Shown here piece by piece: positions 12,258-25,513 of a stretch of 64,000 nucleotides of DNA. Source of the stretch: Octopus vulgaris (lineage: Eukaryota); NCBI GenBank assembly GCA_951406725.2, contig OX597840.1, positions 22,506,001-22,570,000 of the forward strand, written 5' to 3'. The notes below the pieces were generated by a model. The model was given only the letters and a program-made list of their open reading frames with translations, searched no databases and was not told the DNA's origin. Both the position numbers and the translations under genes were made by a program. How positions within the stretch are numbered: position 1 is the stretch's first letter; each line of letters starts with the position of its first letter.

Positions 12258-12872
12258 ATATGGGTGAAGTGTGTCAGACTGCCAGAAGGGAAGCTAGGAG
12301 GCAGGTTTATTTAGCCATAGGAGAAGCAGATAAGAAAAAATTTGCCAATGTTCTGCGCTGTGAGGACAAAAGACTTGAGATATTTCGTGTTGCAAGACAG
12401 TGTGTGAGAGAGAATCGTGATGTGGTAGGAGAGAAATGTGTTCGCATGGATAATGGTTCACTTGCGCTAAATGTGGCTGCAAAGAGAGAGGTTTGGAGAC
12501 GCCACTATGAAAGGTTGCTGAATAAAGACAATGAATGGGAGAAAGAGAGTCTGCCGAATGTCGACCCAACTGAGGGACCAGCTATCCGAGTTGACAGTTC
12601 TTTGGTAGATAAGATAATTAGAAGTATGAAGACAGGGAAAGCCCCAGGTCCATCAGGAATTACTGCAGAGAGGCTCAAAATATCTGGCAGTGTTGGTTAT
12701 AGCCTAGTCACCCGTATAGTTAACCAGTTGATACACGAAGGAGTCATACCCAATGACTGGTGTAGCAGCATAATAGTCAACTGCTACAAAGGTAAAGGTG
12801 ACGCTTTAGATACAAATAAATACAGAGGTATCAAGCTGTTGGATCAGGTAATGAAGGTTACGGAGAGGGTCA
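12258..12872 (+). pseudogene. RTE-clade LINE ORF fragment (linker to start of RT)
   Basis: ...MKTGKAPGPSGITAE...IPNDWCSSIIVNCYKGKGDALDTNKYRGIKLL, the typical non-LTR pre-RT motifs. Breaks into microsatellite. Confidence 0.85.
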
Positions 12873-15800
12873 TATGTTTGTATATATATTTGTATGTATA
12901 TGTTTGTATATATATTTGTGTATATATGTTTGTATATATATTTGTATATATGTGTTTGTATATATGTTTGTATATATATATATATGTTTGTATATATATA
13001 TTTGTATATATATGTCTGTATATATATATTTGTATATATGTTTGTATATAGATTTGTATATACATGTTTGTATGTTTGTATATAAACTTAGATAAACCTT
13101 GATATGTTTCGACCAAAGATTGGTCCAGGCCATGTCTAACTTAATAGCACCACCTGATAGGATTATTTGAATCCTGTTTAAGTCAAGTTTTGTTTATGGT
13201 CCATTCAAGTAGTGAGTTTTTATTGGGTGAGTTGTATCCAATTATGGGTGGCTTATCTGGTATTCCTTGAAGGAATCTATCCAGACTCCGTTTAAAGTTG
13301 ATGGGATCCTGTTCCTCTTTGATCTCTTTCGGGACAATGTTAAATAGGGCAGGGCCTGTTGAGGAAAAGAAATTATGTTGCAGTGTACATGTATGTTGTG
13401 ATCTTGAATTGGGCAGGGGACGTATAGCCCGTGGTCCAAGTCTTGGATGAACCTTGAAGCTAATGTTTAGGTCGTTTGGGCTTAGTTGGCGGTATATTTT
13501 CCACATCGTACAAATGATGTACCGCTCACGGCGATGCTGGAGGGAGTAAAGGTTCAAGGCTTTAAGGCGATCCCAATAATCGACAGCAGCCATGCCTTCA
13601 ATTCGTTTAGTGAGTGCCCTCTGGGGTGACTCAATTCTGGAGATGTTTTGTCTTGTGTGAAGAGACCACAGTGGGCAGCAGTATTCGAGGTGTGGCCGTA
13701 CAAAGGAGGAGAAAAGTGGTATGATGACACCTTGTTCTCTGGACCGGAAAGTTCTTAAGATCCAGGAACTCATCCTACGTGCTATATCGACCTTCTTGTT
13801 GATGTGTGCACTCCAACTGAGATCGTCATCAACAATTACACCCAGGTCTGATATTGTTAGAGGCTGTAAGCGGTTCCCCTTTTATTGAGGAATTTCTTCC
13901 AAAATGCATCAACTCAAATTTTCCCTTGTTCAGTTGCATTTTGTCTCTGTGTGCCCATTGACTCACAGCATATAGATCAGACTGGAGTTGAGTTCGGTCT
14001 GCTTCTTCATTGACGATTTGCTGGAGCTTAGTGTCATCAGCAAATATTTTCACTTTGCAGTAATGTACGACACTGGAAAGGTCGTTTATGTAAATTATGA
14101 AGAGTAGCAGACCCAAAATAGTCCCCTGGGGGACACCGCTGGTGACTTATGCTGGGCTTGAGTGGACTCCATCAACTACAACATGTTGTTATATTCGCCT
14201 GGAAATACTTGATCTAGTGTAGAACTTTTCCACGGATTCCAACATTTGCCAATTTTGAGAGTAGGATATTATGGTCTACCCTGTCGAACGCTTTACTGAA
14301 GTCAAGATATATGACATCAGAGTTCGAACCTGTTCCCAAGGCTTTGAGTACATCTTCAATGTGGTGTAAGAGCTGTGTTAGACAGTCCCTGCCTCAGCGA
14401 AAGCCATGCTGATTTGCATTTAGGAGTTTGTGGGTCTCCAGGAAGTCAGCTATCCTTGATCTTAACACTCTTTCAAACACTTTGATGATGTGGGAGGTGA
14501 GTGAGATTGGGCGATAGTTGAGTGCGAGGGATCTGTTTCCCTGTTTGAAAACCGGGATGACTGACTGGGATAGAAACTGTTTCGGTATATAACCTGCGTC
14601 TAACGAATTTCTCCAGAGGTTGGTCAGAGGGACTGCAAGTTGGTGTCTACATTCCTTCAGGAGACTAGCAGGGAATCTATCAGGGCCTACAGCAGAGTAG
14701 TATTTGATCTCATTTATTGCTGCTGTGATGTCAGTGGCAGTGAAGGTTATGTCTGAGATTTTATGTTGAGGGTCAACTTCGGTCGCTTCTCTTGTGTCAA
14801 TATCAGACAAAGCAATATTATTTCTGCAGTATTTCTGCCATTTCTTTAGTATCGTGTTGTGGAATGCCGTTATCATCAATCAATGGCCCAATGGGTGAGA
14901 CAGTGGTTCTATGCTTATTTGCATAAGAATAGAACACTTTTTGGTTCTGTTTGATGTTTTTGATTACCCACTGTTCCTCCACAGCTCTTTGATTTTCAAT
15001 GGAGGTTTTCATGTCGTTCTGTAGATGAAGTTTTTCCAGCTCTAGCCTTTTCATTGTTGTTGAATTTGGATGTTGTATGTGGGAATATTTTAATTGGTTG
15101 ATTTTGTTTGTTGAGTCTTTTGATGCGCCTGATGAGTGTTTTTTTCTTTTTAGGGAGCCGGTTTCTGTTTGTGTTAGTAGATTTCATGGGAGCGTGTTTA
15201 GCGCATGTATAGGTGACAATGTTTTCAAAGTGCTGCCATGCGGTCTCAGTATGGATGGAATTGAGAGTGAAAGACAAGTCGATGCAAGACAGATCCTTTC
15301 TGGTTGCTCCCCAGTCCGCTTTGTGGAAGTTTATGTTGTCAAATGAGTGCCATGGAGTGGTATTGGCTGGTTTGGTTTTTATATGTCGGGAATTGAAATT
15401 GCAGAGTATCATGTCGTGGTCTGAGAGGATAGTTTTTTCAACTGAAATACTGTGAACGAAGCTAGAGTGATTGGTCAATACCAGATCCAAGATCGTTTTA
15501 TTCTGTCTCGTTGGTTCGAGCACTAGCTGAGTCAGCAAGTATTCATCCATTAGATTAAAGAGCAGTTCTGCTGCTGCTCTATCTGATGTAGAGCATTTGC
15601 CTAACTTCAGAGTATTTGTGGGCCAGTTCACATAAGGGAGGTTAAAATCACCCATCACTAGTATGTTTCCGGAGTTGTACTTCCGAATGAAGGACTTGAC
15701 TTTACTAAGGCACTCTTCAAAGCACTTTAGAGGTGCTTGGGGAGGCCTGTAAAGACCAACAATGATTATGTCCTTGGCCTTGCTGAATAGTGATACCGAT

Positions 15801-16565
15801 TCCCAATAGCCATTGGAAAATATGTCTTTGGCATCAAGTGAAAAGGAGTCATGGATAAAGATGGCTGTCCCTCCCTTATTTCGGTCTGTGCGATCCACAC
15901 GAACAATGGTGAAATCTTTTATTTTCACCTCGGCGTCCATATGGGTGTTGTTCATGTGAGTCTCAGTAAGGATAAAGGAAGGGAAGCAATGTGCCGTTTC
16001 AGCAAGCCAACTCTCTATATATGGGATCTTCCATTTTTGGGCAATAATTGATGGGTTGATGCCACGTACATTTAACAGGAATGTCGAGGTAAGGGGAGTT
16101 TGATGTTTGCCTTGTTCTAAGTTGTGTTTTATGTTGTTCAGTGGTAACAATGTGGGTAGTTCTTATATGGAGCTGTGTGTGTATGATTTTCTTGTTGGTA
16201 GTGGGTGTGTGGTCCTTGTGATTTGCATAGGTGGTTGCTGATAGCTCGTTGGATATCCTGGCTTAGGTCGGCCTTCATATTTTCTAGGTAAGACAGTAAA
16301 AAAGAGTTACCTATTTGATTTGCCACTTTGTCAGAGGATACATATTTCATGTTGGTGTTATTGGGTGTTTAGTAGTTTGGTATGTGTATACAGGTGTGTA
16401 TCTCATTATCGCTATTATCAGATATATGCATACAACCTACCACACACACACACAGCATTCTTACTTTGGACTCTTTATTAATTCAAAAGTGTTAACAGAT
16501 CAAGTTACCAATTCCGGAATATTCTGTCTTCGAGGTCATCATATTTTATTTGGTATTTTGTTGTC
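12873..16565 (-). mobile_element. Near-complete but frameshifted CR1/Jockey-group LINE (ORF1 remnant, APE endonuclease, RT, simple-repeat tail)
   Basis: APE motifs LNVRG, LTETH, GLYRPP, MGDFNLP, LDLVLTN, SDH (14996-16150). RT motifs NYRPISLTS, QHGFR, YLDFSKAFDRV, GVPQG, FADD, RPHLEYCCPLWS (13183-14879). Tail of (ACAAATATATAT)-like repeats at 12875-13085. Confidence 0.92.
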
Positions 16566-16641
16566 CCTATGTATGTATGTATGTATGTATGTATGTATGT
16601 ATGTATGTATGTATGTATGTATGTATGTATGTATGTATGTA

Positions 16642-16702
<61 letters not shown>

Positions 16703-16705
<3 letters not shown>

Positions 16706-18372
16706 GAAGAATTCCTGGTAGAAGTAGGTGTACACCAAATCTCAGCCCTCAGTCCCCTTTTATTCATCATAGTCCTCCAGGCAATAACAGAGGAATTCAA
16801 AACAGGTTGCCCCTGGGAGCTCCTCTATGCTGATGACCTGGCTCTCATAGCAGAATCACTACCGGAACTAGAAAAGAAATTTCGGGTGTGGAAACAAGGG
16901 TTAGAGTCAAAGGGCCTTAGAGTAAATGTAGCAAAGACCAAAGTTATAGTAAGCAGAAAGGCGAACTCAGCACACACCCCATCGGGCAGGTGGCCCTGCT
17001 CGATCTGTAGGAAAGGTGTAGGTAGAAACTCCATAAGATGCATCCAGTGTAAGCTATGGACGCATAAGAGGTGCAGCAACATCAAAAGGAAATTAATTGA
17101 TAAGATAGCTTTCATGTGCGGCAGATGCACAGGGACAATAGACACCACAAATACTCAGAAAACAGATTCCATCACACCCCAGGGGGAGAAACTAGAAGTA
17201 GTTGATAGTTTCCGCTACCTGGGTGACCAAGTTAGTAGTGAAGGTGGATGCTCAGAGAGTGTCACCACTAGAATACGAATAGCCTGAGCAAAGTTTAGAA
17301 AGCTCCTACCCCTACTGGCGACAAAGGGTCTCTCACTCAGAGTGAAAGGTAGATTGTATGATGCATGTGTGTGAACTGCCATGCTTCACGATAGTGAAAC
17401 ATGGGCCGTGACTGCAGAGGACATGCGTAGACTTGAAAGAAATGAAGCTAGCATGATCCGCTGGATGTGTAATGTCAGTGTGAACGCACGACAGAGTGTA
17501 AGCACCCTGAGAGAAATGCTGGGCATAAGAAGCATCAGATGTGGTGTGCAAGAGCGACGCTTGCGATGGTATGGTCATGTACTGTGGATGGATGAGGAGA
17601 GATGTGTGAAGAAGTGCCGCTCCCAAACAGTTGAAGGAATCAGGGGGATAGGTAGACCCAGGAAGACATGAGATGAGGTTGTCAAGCATGACCTCAGAGC
17701 GTTGGGCCTCACTGAGGCAATGGCGAAGGACCGAGATCTCTGGAGATGTGCTGTGACTGCAAAGACCCGGGATGCTTCCGGCACCAGTTCCGCATAGCCC
17801 CTGCCCATTCAAAGTACCTTGGATCCCAGAACATCTCGCTGTGCTTGAGGAGACCTGTTGAGTCAAGTGCATGTACATGAACATCGAAACAAATATCAAT
17901 GGAAATAGTAGTTGTGATACCTGTGCCGGTGGCACATAAAAAGCACCATCCAAACGTGGCCGTTGCCAGCGCCGCCTCGACTGGCTTCTGTGCCGGTGGC
18001 ACATAAAAAGCATCATCCGAACGTGGCCGATGCCAGCGCCGCCTCGACTGGCTTCTGTGCCGGTGGCACATAAAAAGCACCATCCGAACGTGGCCGATGC
18101 CAGCGCCGCCTCGGCTGGCTTCCGTGCCGGTGGCACGTTAAAAGCACCAACCAATCGTGGCCGATGCCAGACCCCCCTGGCACCTGTGCAGGTGGCACGT
18201 AAAAAGCACTCACTACACTCGCGGAGTAGTTGGCGTTAAGAAGGGCATCCAGCTGTAGAAACACTGCCAGATCAGACTGGAGCCAGGTGCAGCCCCTGGC
18301 TTCCCAGACCCCAGTCGAACCGTCCAACCCGTGCTAGCGCGGAAAACGGACGTTAAACGATGATGATGATGA
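16703..18372 (+). mobile_element. 3' part of RTE-clade LINE (RT C-terminal half, Cys-rich insert, 3'UTR, (TGA)n tail)
   Basis: GVHQISALSPLLF, LLYADDL, WPCSICRKGVGRNSIRCIQCKLWTHKRC, FRYLG, RLRWYGHV, GRPRKT. In-frame stops at ~17285 and ~17372. Ends ggacgttaaacgatgatgatgat. Confidence 0.92.
17922..18210 (+). repeat. 67-bp tandem repeat (~4.3 copies) in the LINE 3'UTR
   Basis: gtgccggtggcac recurs at ~17923, 17990, 18057, 18124 and 18186. Confidence 0.9.
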
Positions 18373-18374
18373 TA

Positions 18375-18456
<82 letters not shown>

Positions 18457-19791
18457 ATCTATATTTATATAGGCGTAGGACTGACTGTGAGGTAAGTAGC
18501 TCGCTTACCACCCATAGAGTTCCGGGTTCAGTCCGACTGCGTGGCATTTTGGGCATACATATATATAATGTATGTATGTGTGTCTATACTTATATCTTCA
18601 GCTTTATGTGTGTGTTTGCCTGTGTGTGTGTGTACGTGAGGTGTGCATGTCTGTGTGTGTGTACATTGTGAACATAGAGATGACTGAATTTTCATGTTCT
18701 GATTATCGCCTTGTTGAACATGCCAAAGGGCCTTTATCCGATCATATTTGCCGTTAGGTAATATTTTCGCGCGCGCGCACACACACACACACTCACACTC
18801 ACTCACTCACTCACTCACTCACTCACTCACAGGGTTAAATGCATTTTTAAAACCTTTATCAAAATTCGAGTGCACCTAAAAAGATCAGTTCCGGCACCTG
18901 TGTAGACCATACATGCCATCACATATGTCATACACACGGCAGCTTAAAAGAGAGATGATAAAAAATGCTATATAGGTTTGATATTATTTAACCCTAGGTA
19001 AGTATTGATCGACCTCGCCGATGATCCCAACCAACCATATCTTCCCGTACTTTTTGTTTTTCGATTTCACTGCATTTAAAACTACCTTATACCACGTGAC
19101 TCTTCTAAACACTATGCTACGATTCGAGGAAGATGTGGCTGCAATCTGTGTGTAGGCGCAGGCGGCTCTGTGGTATAATATTTGCTTTCCGACGAAATGG
19201 TTCCGGTTTCTGTTCCACTGCACTGTACTTTGTGCAACTGTCTTTACTATAGTCTGGTGGATTTGGTATATGGAAACTAAAAGAAGCCTGTCGCATATAT
19301 ATATATTATTATTGTTATTTCGTGTTATTTTTGTATTCATATTCGTATAACATCGTCCGTTTTTCTGTCCTTGTTTCGTATACATTCGAAGCTTTTTTCC
19401 AAGGAATCTAATGCGCTTAGCTTAGTTTTTCCTTGGGGCTGGTCAGATTGGAGCAATCTCAAAATTAATCAGCCGAAATTGCGAGGATGATCCGGTTCTT
19501 CACTGAAGATTGAAGGCTTCGAATGACCCGTCCGTGTTTTTTGTATCGTCTTCTGAATGTTTTGCTAATTTTTCAGCGAGTTTACTGTAAACATTAGCTT
19601 TTACACAATCGTTTTGGTGAGTGTACCAAGCGTTTATCAGTGAACTGATTACATTTTCAACCCAGTAGTGTTTTGGAATATTATTGGCCATATTCAGTGG
19701 ATATATGCGTGTGTGGGTAAATGCACGTATATATGTATGTAAATATATATAAATATATATATGTATATATCTATGTATGTATATGTATGTG

Positions 19792-19850
<59 letters not shown>

Positions 19851-19902
19851 ATATTGATATGTGTATGTTTGCATATATATATACTTGTATATATATGTAT
19901 AT

Positions 19903-21700
19903 AGATGAAGTAATGACATCAATAATTAAATTGAATCTTGGTAGGGCACCTAGAAAGGATGGAATTTGTGCTGAGGTCTTGCGATTTGGTGGTAATTGCA
20001 TCACGCAGTCCCTTCATGAACTTATTAGTGCAGTCTGGAGGGATGGTGCAATCCATAAAGACTGGAAGGATGCAATTATTCTTCCTCTATATAAAGGAAA
20101 AGGAGCCAGAACAATGTGTGGTAACTACAGAGGTATTGCTCTACTATCAGCTGCTGGTAAGGTTCTGGTAAATATTCTTCTTGCCCGTCTGAATGGGTGT
20201 CTCGTAAATGATGTCCTATCTGAATCTCAATGTGGCTTCCGATCTGGTAGAGGGACAATGGATATGATTTTCACAGCAAGACAGATGCATGAGAAGTGCT
20301 ATGAGCAGAATATGGATCTTGTCCAGGTATTCATTGATTTAGCTAAGGCCTTAGATACCGTAAATAGGGCCTTTCTATGGAAAATACTTGGCAAACTTGG
20401 ATGTCCGGATCACTTTGTATCTATAATTAAATCATTTCATGATGGGATGGAGGCTTAGGTCAATGTTGGTGGTGCCATGGTGGGACCCATTCCTGTAGAG
20501 AATGGTGTCAAGCAGGGTGACATCCTTGCCCCAACTCTCTTTTCTTTGTACTTTGCTGCTACTTTTACTCATGCTTTTGCTAAGGTTAGCTCTCTGGGAA
20601 TATATATCAGATATCTATCTTCTGGCCGCCTCTTTAATCTTCGCCAATTTGCTGCCAATTCAAAGGTTTTCCAGACTATTATTCGTGACCTCCTTTATGT
20701 AGATGACTGTGACTTAGTCACTCATACAGTAGATGACATGCAAATAATCATGAATTGCATTTCTGCTTCTTGCAGAGCATTTGGACTCAGCATTGGCCTG
20801 GACAAGACTGTTGTAATGTTCCAGCCTGCACCCGGAAATCCATATATAGAACCAGCTATCTTCGTTGAAGGAACAATTCTGAAGGTAGTAGACAAGTTTG
20901 TCTATCTGGGCAGCACACTCAGCCGTTCTTGCTCCTTGGATGAGGAACTATCTTTCAGGTTGCAGAGAGCAACTAATTCCTTCCAGTCTCTTCAGTCTCG
21001 TGTCTGGTACCAACATGGCATCGCAAGGAGAACAAAAGTTGCTGTGTACCGTACTTATGTACTGACATCGCTTCTCTACTCATGTGAGATATGGACTCTG
21101 TACAAACGTCAGGTAAGGGTCCTTGAACGTTTTCATCAGAGATGTCTCAGACACATTCTCAATGTTGGCTGGACTTCAAAAACTCCCGACACACAGATCC
21201 TGAGGACAGCTGATATCTTGAGTATTGAAGCGGTGGTGCACAAGCACCGGTTGCGTTGGACTGGACACCTTATTCGAATGAAGGATAGAAGGATTCCTAA
21301 GCAGATGCTCTATGGAGAACTTGTGAATGGAAGGAGAGTCCGGCAGAAACCAAGGCTGCGATTTAAGGACTGTGTCAAGTCCTCATTAAAGGCCTGTGAT
21401 ATGCAGGACACTGACTGGGAGAGCAATACCTGTCATCGCCACAGATGGAGGACACTTTTGAGAGAGCACGTATCCAGCATGAAGAACTTAAGCGAGCTGC
21501 GCGAAAGCACACGGCTCGTATAGTGAATGGGGAAAGCTTGGTCTGCAATGTTTGCAGTCGTGTATGCTTGTCAAGAGCAGGGCTCATTAGCCACCAACGG
21601 AGCCGCAAATGCAAAATATAAGTTAGTCCTAGAGCGCACAATGTTCCTGAAGGTCGGCAATGGTCTTCCTCGGTCATGAGTGGAGGCCATTATTATTATG
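19903..21700 (+). mobile_element. 5'-truncated RTE/BovB-like LINE (second RTE family): RT, C-terminal C2H2 finger, (TAT)n tail
   Basis: [83 protein letters not shown]. Stop at 20456-58 and a frameshift near the 3' end. Confidence 0.92.
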
Positions 21701-21723
21701 TATTCACACACACACACACACAC

Positions 21724-21787
<64 letters not shown>

Positions 21788-23754
21788 CCCGCGCACCGTC
21801 TTTAGTCAAACAAAACGTACTCTAGGACTTATTCTTTGGAATGCTAGTACTCATTCTAACCGTTACGTTACGGCAGCGTATGTGTGGACTGTGCTCAAAC
21901 ACGCACAAACACACATACGTCCGAACACACACACACATAGATACATGCAAAGATGCACACTTGTAGGTATTTATGCTTTAAATATGTTGACTTTAAAACT
22001 TTGACATTCTGAAGAAATTAAATGAGTGTGTTTGTAAGCCAATATGTGTGTGTGTGTGCTTTAATTTCTGTGTCTGTGTTTGCGCGCACCTGTGTGACAG
22101 AGTGTTTCCGGTTCAATGTTTGTGCCTGAGTGTGTGTGTGTGTGTGTGAATGAGTGAGTGTGTACATGTGTGTTTTCATTGCTAGGTGTGTGAGTTTGTA
22201 ACTGTGTTTTCATTTCTGTGTGTGAGTATGTGTGATTATTTTCATTTCCGTGCGTGTGTGTGAGTGAATGTAATTATTTCTATGTGTTCGAGTTTGTGCG
22301 TTTGTGAGTGTGTAACTGTGTGTTTTCATTTCTGTGTTTGTGCGTGTGTGTGAGTGAGTGTTTTCATTTCTGTGTTGGAAATAGGTCAGATAGCAATATC
22401 AATCAGGATACGTTGAAGTGACCCCTGACCTGTTGGGAGTTTGGTAATTTGGTGCACTACGTTCATTGACAAGTGTTGATATGTGCGTGTGGAAAACTGG
22501 AAATGATCTTACGATCTCTTGTATTTTATCTTTGATCTGTTTTACAGATCCAGGTACTGTGTGCGCATACGTTTGTGTGTGAGTGAATGTATTTATTTCT
22601 ATGTGTTCGAGTGTGTGCGTTTGTGTTCCTCCTACTACTACTACAGTCTACCTATCTCTCTCTCTCTCTCTCTCTACCACCACCACTATCATTCGTACAC
22701 TGTAACCGCTCACCACCACTCCCACCATCATTATACAGTCGCTATCACCACCCCATCAGTAGAGTAACTTCTCCCCACCACTATCACCATCATCGGTACA
22801 CCGGTATCTCCCGCCAGCCCCACATCAGTTCTGAGTAACTTTCACCACAACCACAACAGTCACCATCACCACTCTCATCGGTACAGAGTGTTCTATCACG
22901 ACATTATCTCTCACCACACCACAACACCGTCACCACCATCAGTACAGAGTGACTTCATCTCACCACGACGCACTTTTTACCTTTTACTACCACCACCATC
23001 AGCAGCAGCTCTTAGTGCAATGTTTAAAAGCCATTATCAAACTCACTACAAGGATTATTATGTTGCTATCTCTTCCGCTCGTGTGTCCAAATGGTCACCC
23101 TGTCGTGGACTTACGATCACCCCCACACTGAATGAAGCCTTAGGCCAGTCCCTTACCTCCACCTTGGACAATGAAAAGGTCAGTATATTACACATTTAAA
23201 TACATATAAACATTGTAAACAACACGGTTTTAGTTTGTTTCCTTATGGTGCGTGGTTTTTGCTGAAATCCGCGTTGTCGATCATGTTTAAAACCCCTACT
23301 TCTACAGTCTTTACTGAACCAGTAGGTGGATTATGGGTGATCGGAGAGACGTTCCAACCGTGACCGATCGGAAAACTATGTCATCGATGTATATGGCTCT
23401 TTCTATACATATATATGACAATTTTTCCAAGGACAATGGTTAAAATTCAAACTTGTTTTATTTTATTATTTTTTTAAAATATATTTTACATGCATACATA
23501 TATAATACATATGTATATTTACACATGCTCATATGTGCATGCATGTACATATTTATACACAAATATACACAACATACGGCACACACATACCCAGACACGT
23601 ATACACACATATACATCTACACATACGTACATACATATCAAACAATGTACGCTCGCACGGTTATATATAACTGCATATATGTATTTTAGTACCATGCGTT
23701 TCAACATTTATGCATGGATTACTACATGTAAAGAGAGAGAGAGAGAGAGAGAGA

Positions 23755-25513
23755 CTTGAGTGGACTCCATCAACTACCACATGTTGTGTTATATTCGCCA
23801 GGAAATACTTGATCTAGTGTAGAACTTTTCCACGGATTCCAACATTTGCCAATTTTGAGAGTAGGATATTATGGTCTACCCTGTCGAACGCTTTACTGAA
23901 GTCAAGATATATGACATCAGAGTTCGAACCTGTTCCCAAGGCTTTGAGTACATCTTCAATGTGGTGTAAGAGCTGTGTTAGACAGTCCCTGCCACAGCGA
24001 AAGCCATGCTGATTTGCATTTAGGAGTTTCTGGGTCTCCAGGAAGTGAGCCATCCTTGATCTTAACACTCTTTCAAACACTTTGATGATGTGGGAGGTGA
24101 GTGAGATTGGGCGATAGTTGAGTGCGAGGGATCTGTTTCCCTGTTTGAAAACCGGGATGACCGGCTGGGATAGAAACTGTTTTGGTATATAACCTGCGTC
24201 TAACGAATTTCTCCAGAGGTTGGTCAGAGGGACTGCAAGTTGGTGTCTACATTCCTTCAGGAGACTAGCGGGGAATCTATCAGGGCCTACAGCAGAGTAG
24301 TATTTGATCTCATTTATTGCTGCTGTGATGTCAGTGGCAGTGAAGGTTATGTCTGAGATTTTATGTTGAGGGTCAACTTCGTTCGCTTCTCTTGCGTCAA
24401 TATCAGACAGAGCAATATTGTTTCTGCAGTATTTCTGCCATTTCTTTAGCATCGTGTTGGGGAATGCCGTTTTCATCAATCAATGGCCCAATGGGTGAGA
24501 CAGTGGTTCTATGCTTATTTGCATAAGAATAGAACACTTTTTGGTTCTGTTTGATGTTTTTGATTACCCACTGTTCCTCCACAGCTCTTTGATTTTCAAT
24601 GGAGGTTTTCATGTCGTTCTGTAGATGAAGTTTTTCCAGCTCTAGCCTTTTCATTGTTGTTGAATTTGGATGTTGTATGTGGGAATATTTTAATTGGTTG
24701 ATTTTGTTTGTTGAGTCTTTTGATGCGCCTGATGAGTGTTTTTTTCTTTTTAGGGAGCCGGTTTCTGTTTGTGTTAGTAGATTTCATGGGAGCGTGTTTA
24801 GCGCATGTATAGGTGACAATGTTTTCAAAGTGCTGCCATGCGGTCTCAGTATGGATGGAATTGAGAGTGAAAGACAAGTCGATGCAAGACAGATCCTTTC
24901 TGGTTGCTCCCCAGTCCGCTTTGTGGAAGTTTATGTTGTCAAATGAGTGCCATGGAGTGGTATTGGCTGGTTTGGTTTTTATATGTCGGGAATTGAAATT
25001 GCAGAGTATCATGTCGTGGTCTGAGAGGATAGTTTTTTCAACTGAAATACTGTGAACGAAGCTAGAGTGATTGGTCAATACCAGATCCAAGATCGTTTTA
25101 TTCTGTCTCGTTGGTTCGAGCACTAGCTGAGTCAGCAAGTATTCATCCATGCGATTAAAGAGCAGTTCTGCTGCTGCTCTATCTGATGTAGAGCATTTGC
25201 CTAACTTCAGAGTATTTGTGGGCCAGTACACATAAGGAAGGTTAAAATCACCCATCACTAGTATGTTTCCGGAGTTGTACTTCCGAATGAAGGACTTGAC
25301 TTTACTAAGGCACTCTTCAAAGCACTTTAGAGGTGCTTGGGGAGGCCTGTAAAGACCAACAATGATTATGTCCTTGGCCTTGCTGAATAGTGATACAGAT
25401 TCACAATAGCCATTGGAAAATATGTCTTTGGCATCAAGTGAAAAGGAGTCATGGATAAAGATGGCTGTCCCTCCCTTATTTCGGTCTGTGCGATCCACAC
25501 GAACAATGGTGAA
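23755..25513 (-). mobile_element. Internal fragment of the CR1-type LINE (equivalent to 14157-15913)
   Basis: Almost identical to copy 1 at an offset of ~9600 bp, with the same ORF breaks. Lacks both termini. Confidence 0.93.

Noticed and set aside
19490-19545. CTGAAGA...CGAA hammerhead-like string in a repeat at ~19300-19560
   Set aside because: No GAAA box and no convincing stems I-III could be drawn.
22550-22560. Acceptor-ATCCAG-GT micro-exon-like signal (duplicated near 26435), and a similar one at positions 9-20
   Set aside because: Too short to support without transcripts, and the donor context is weak or ambiguous.
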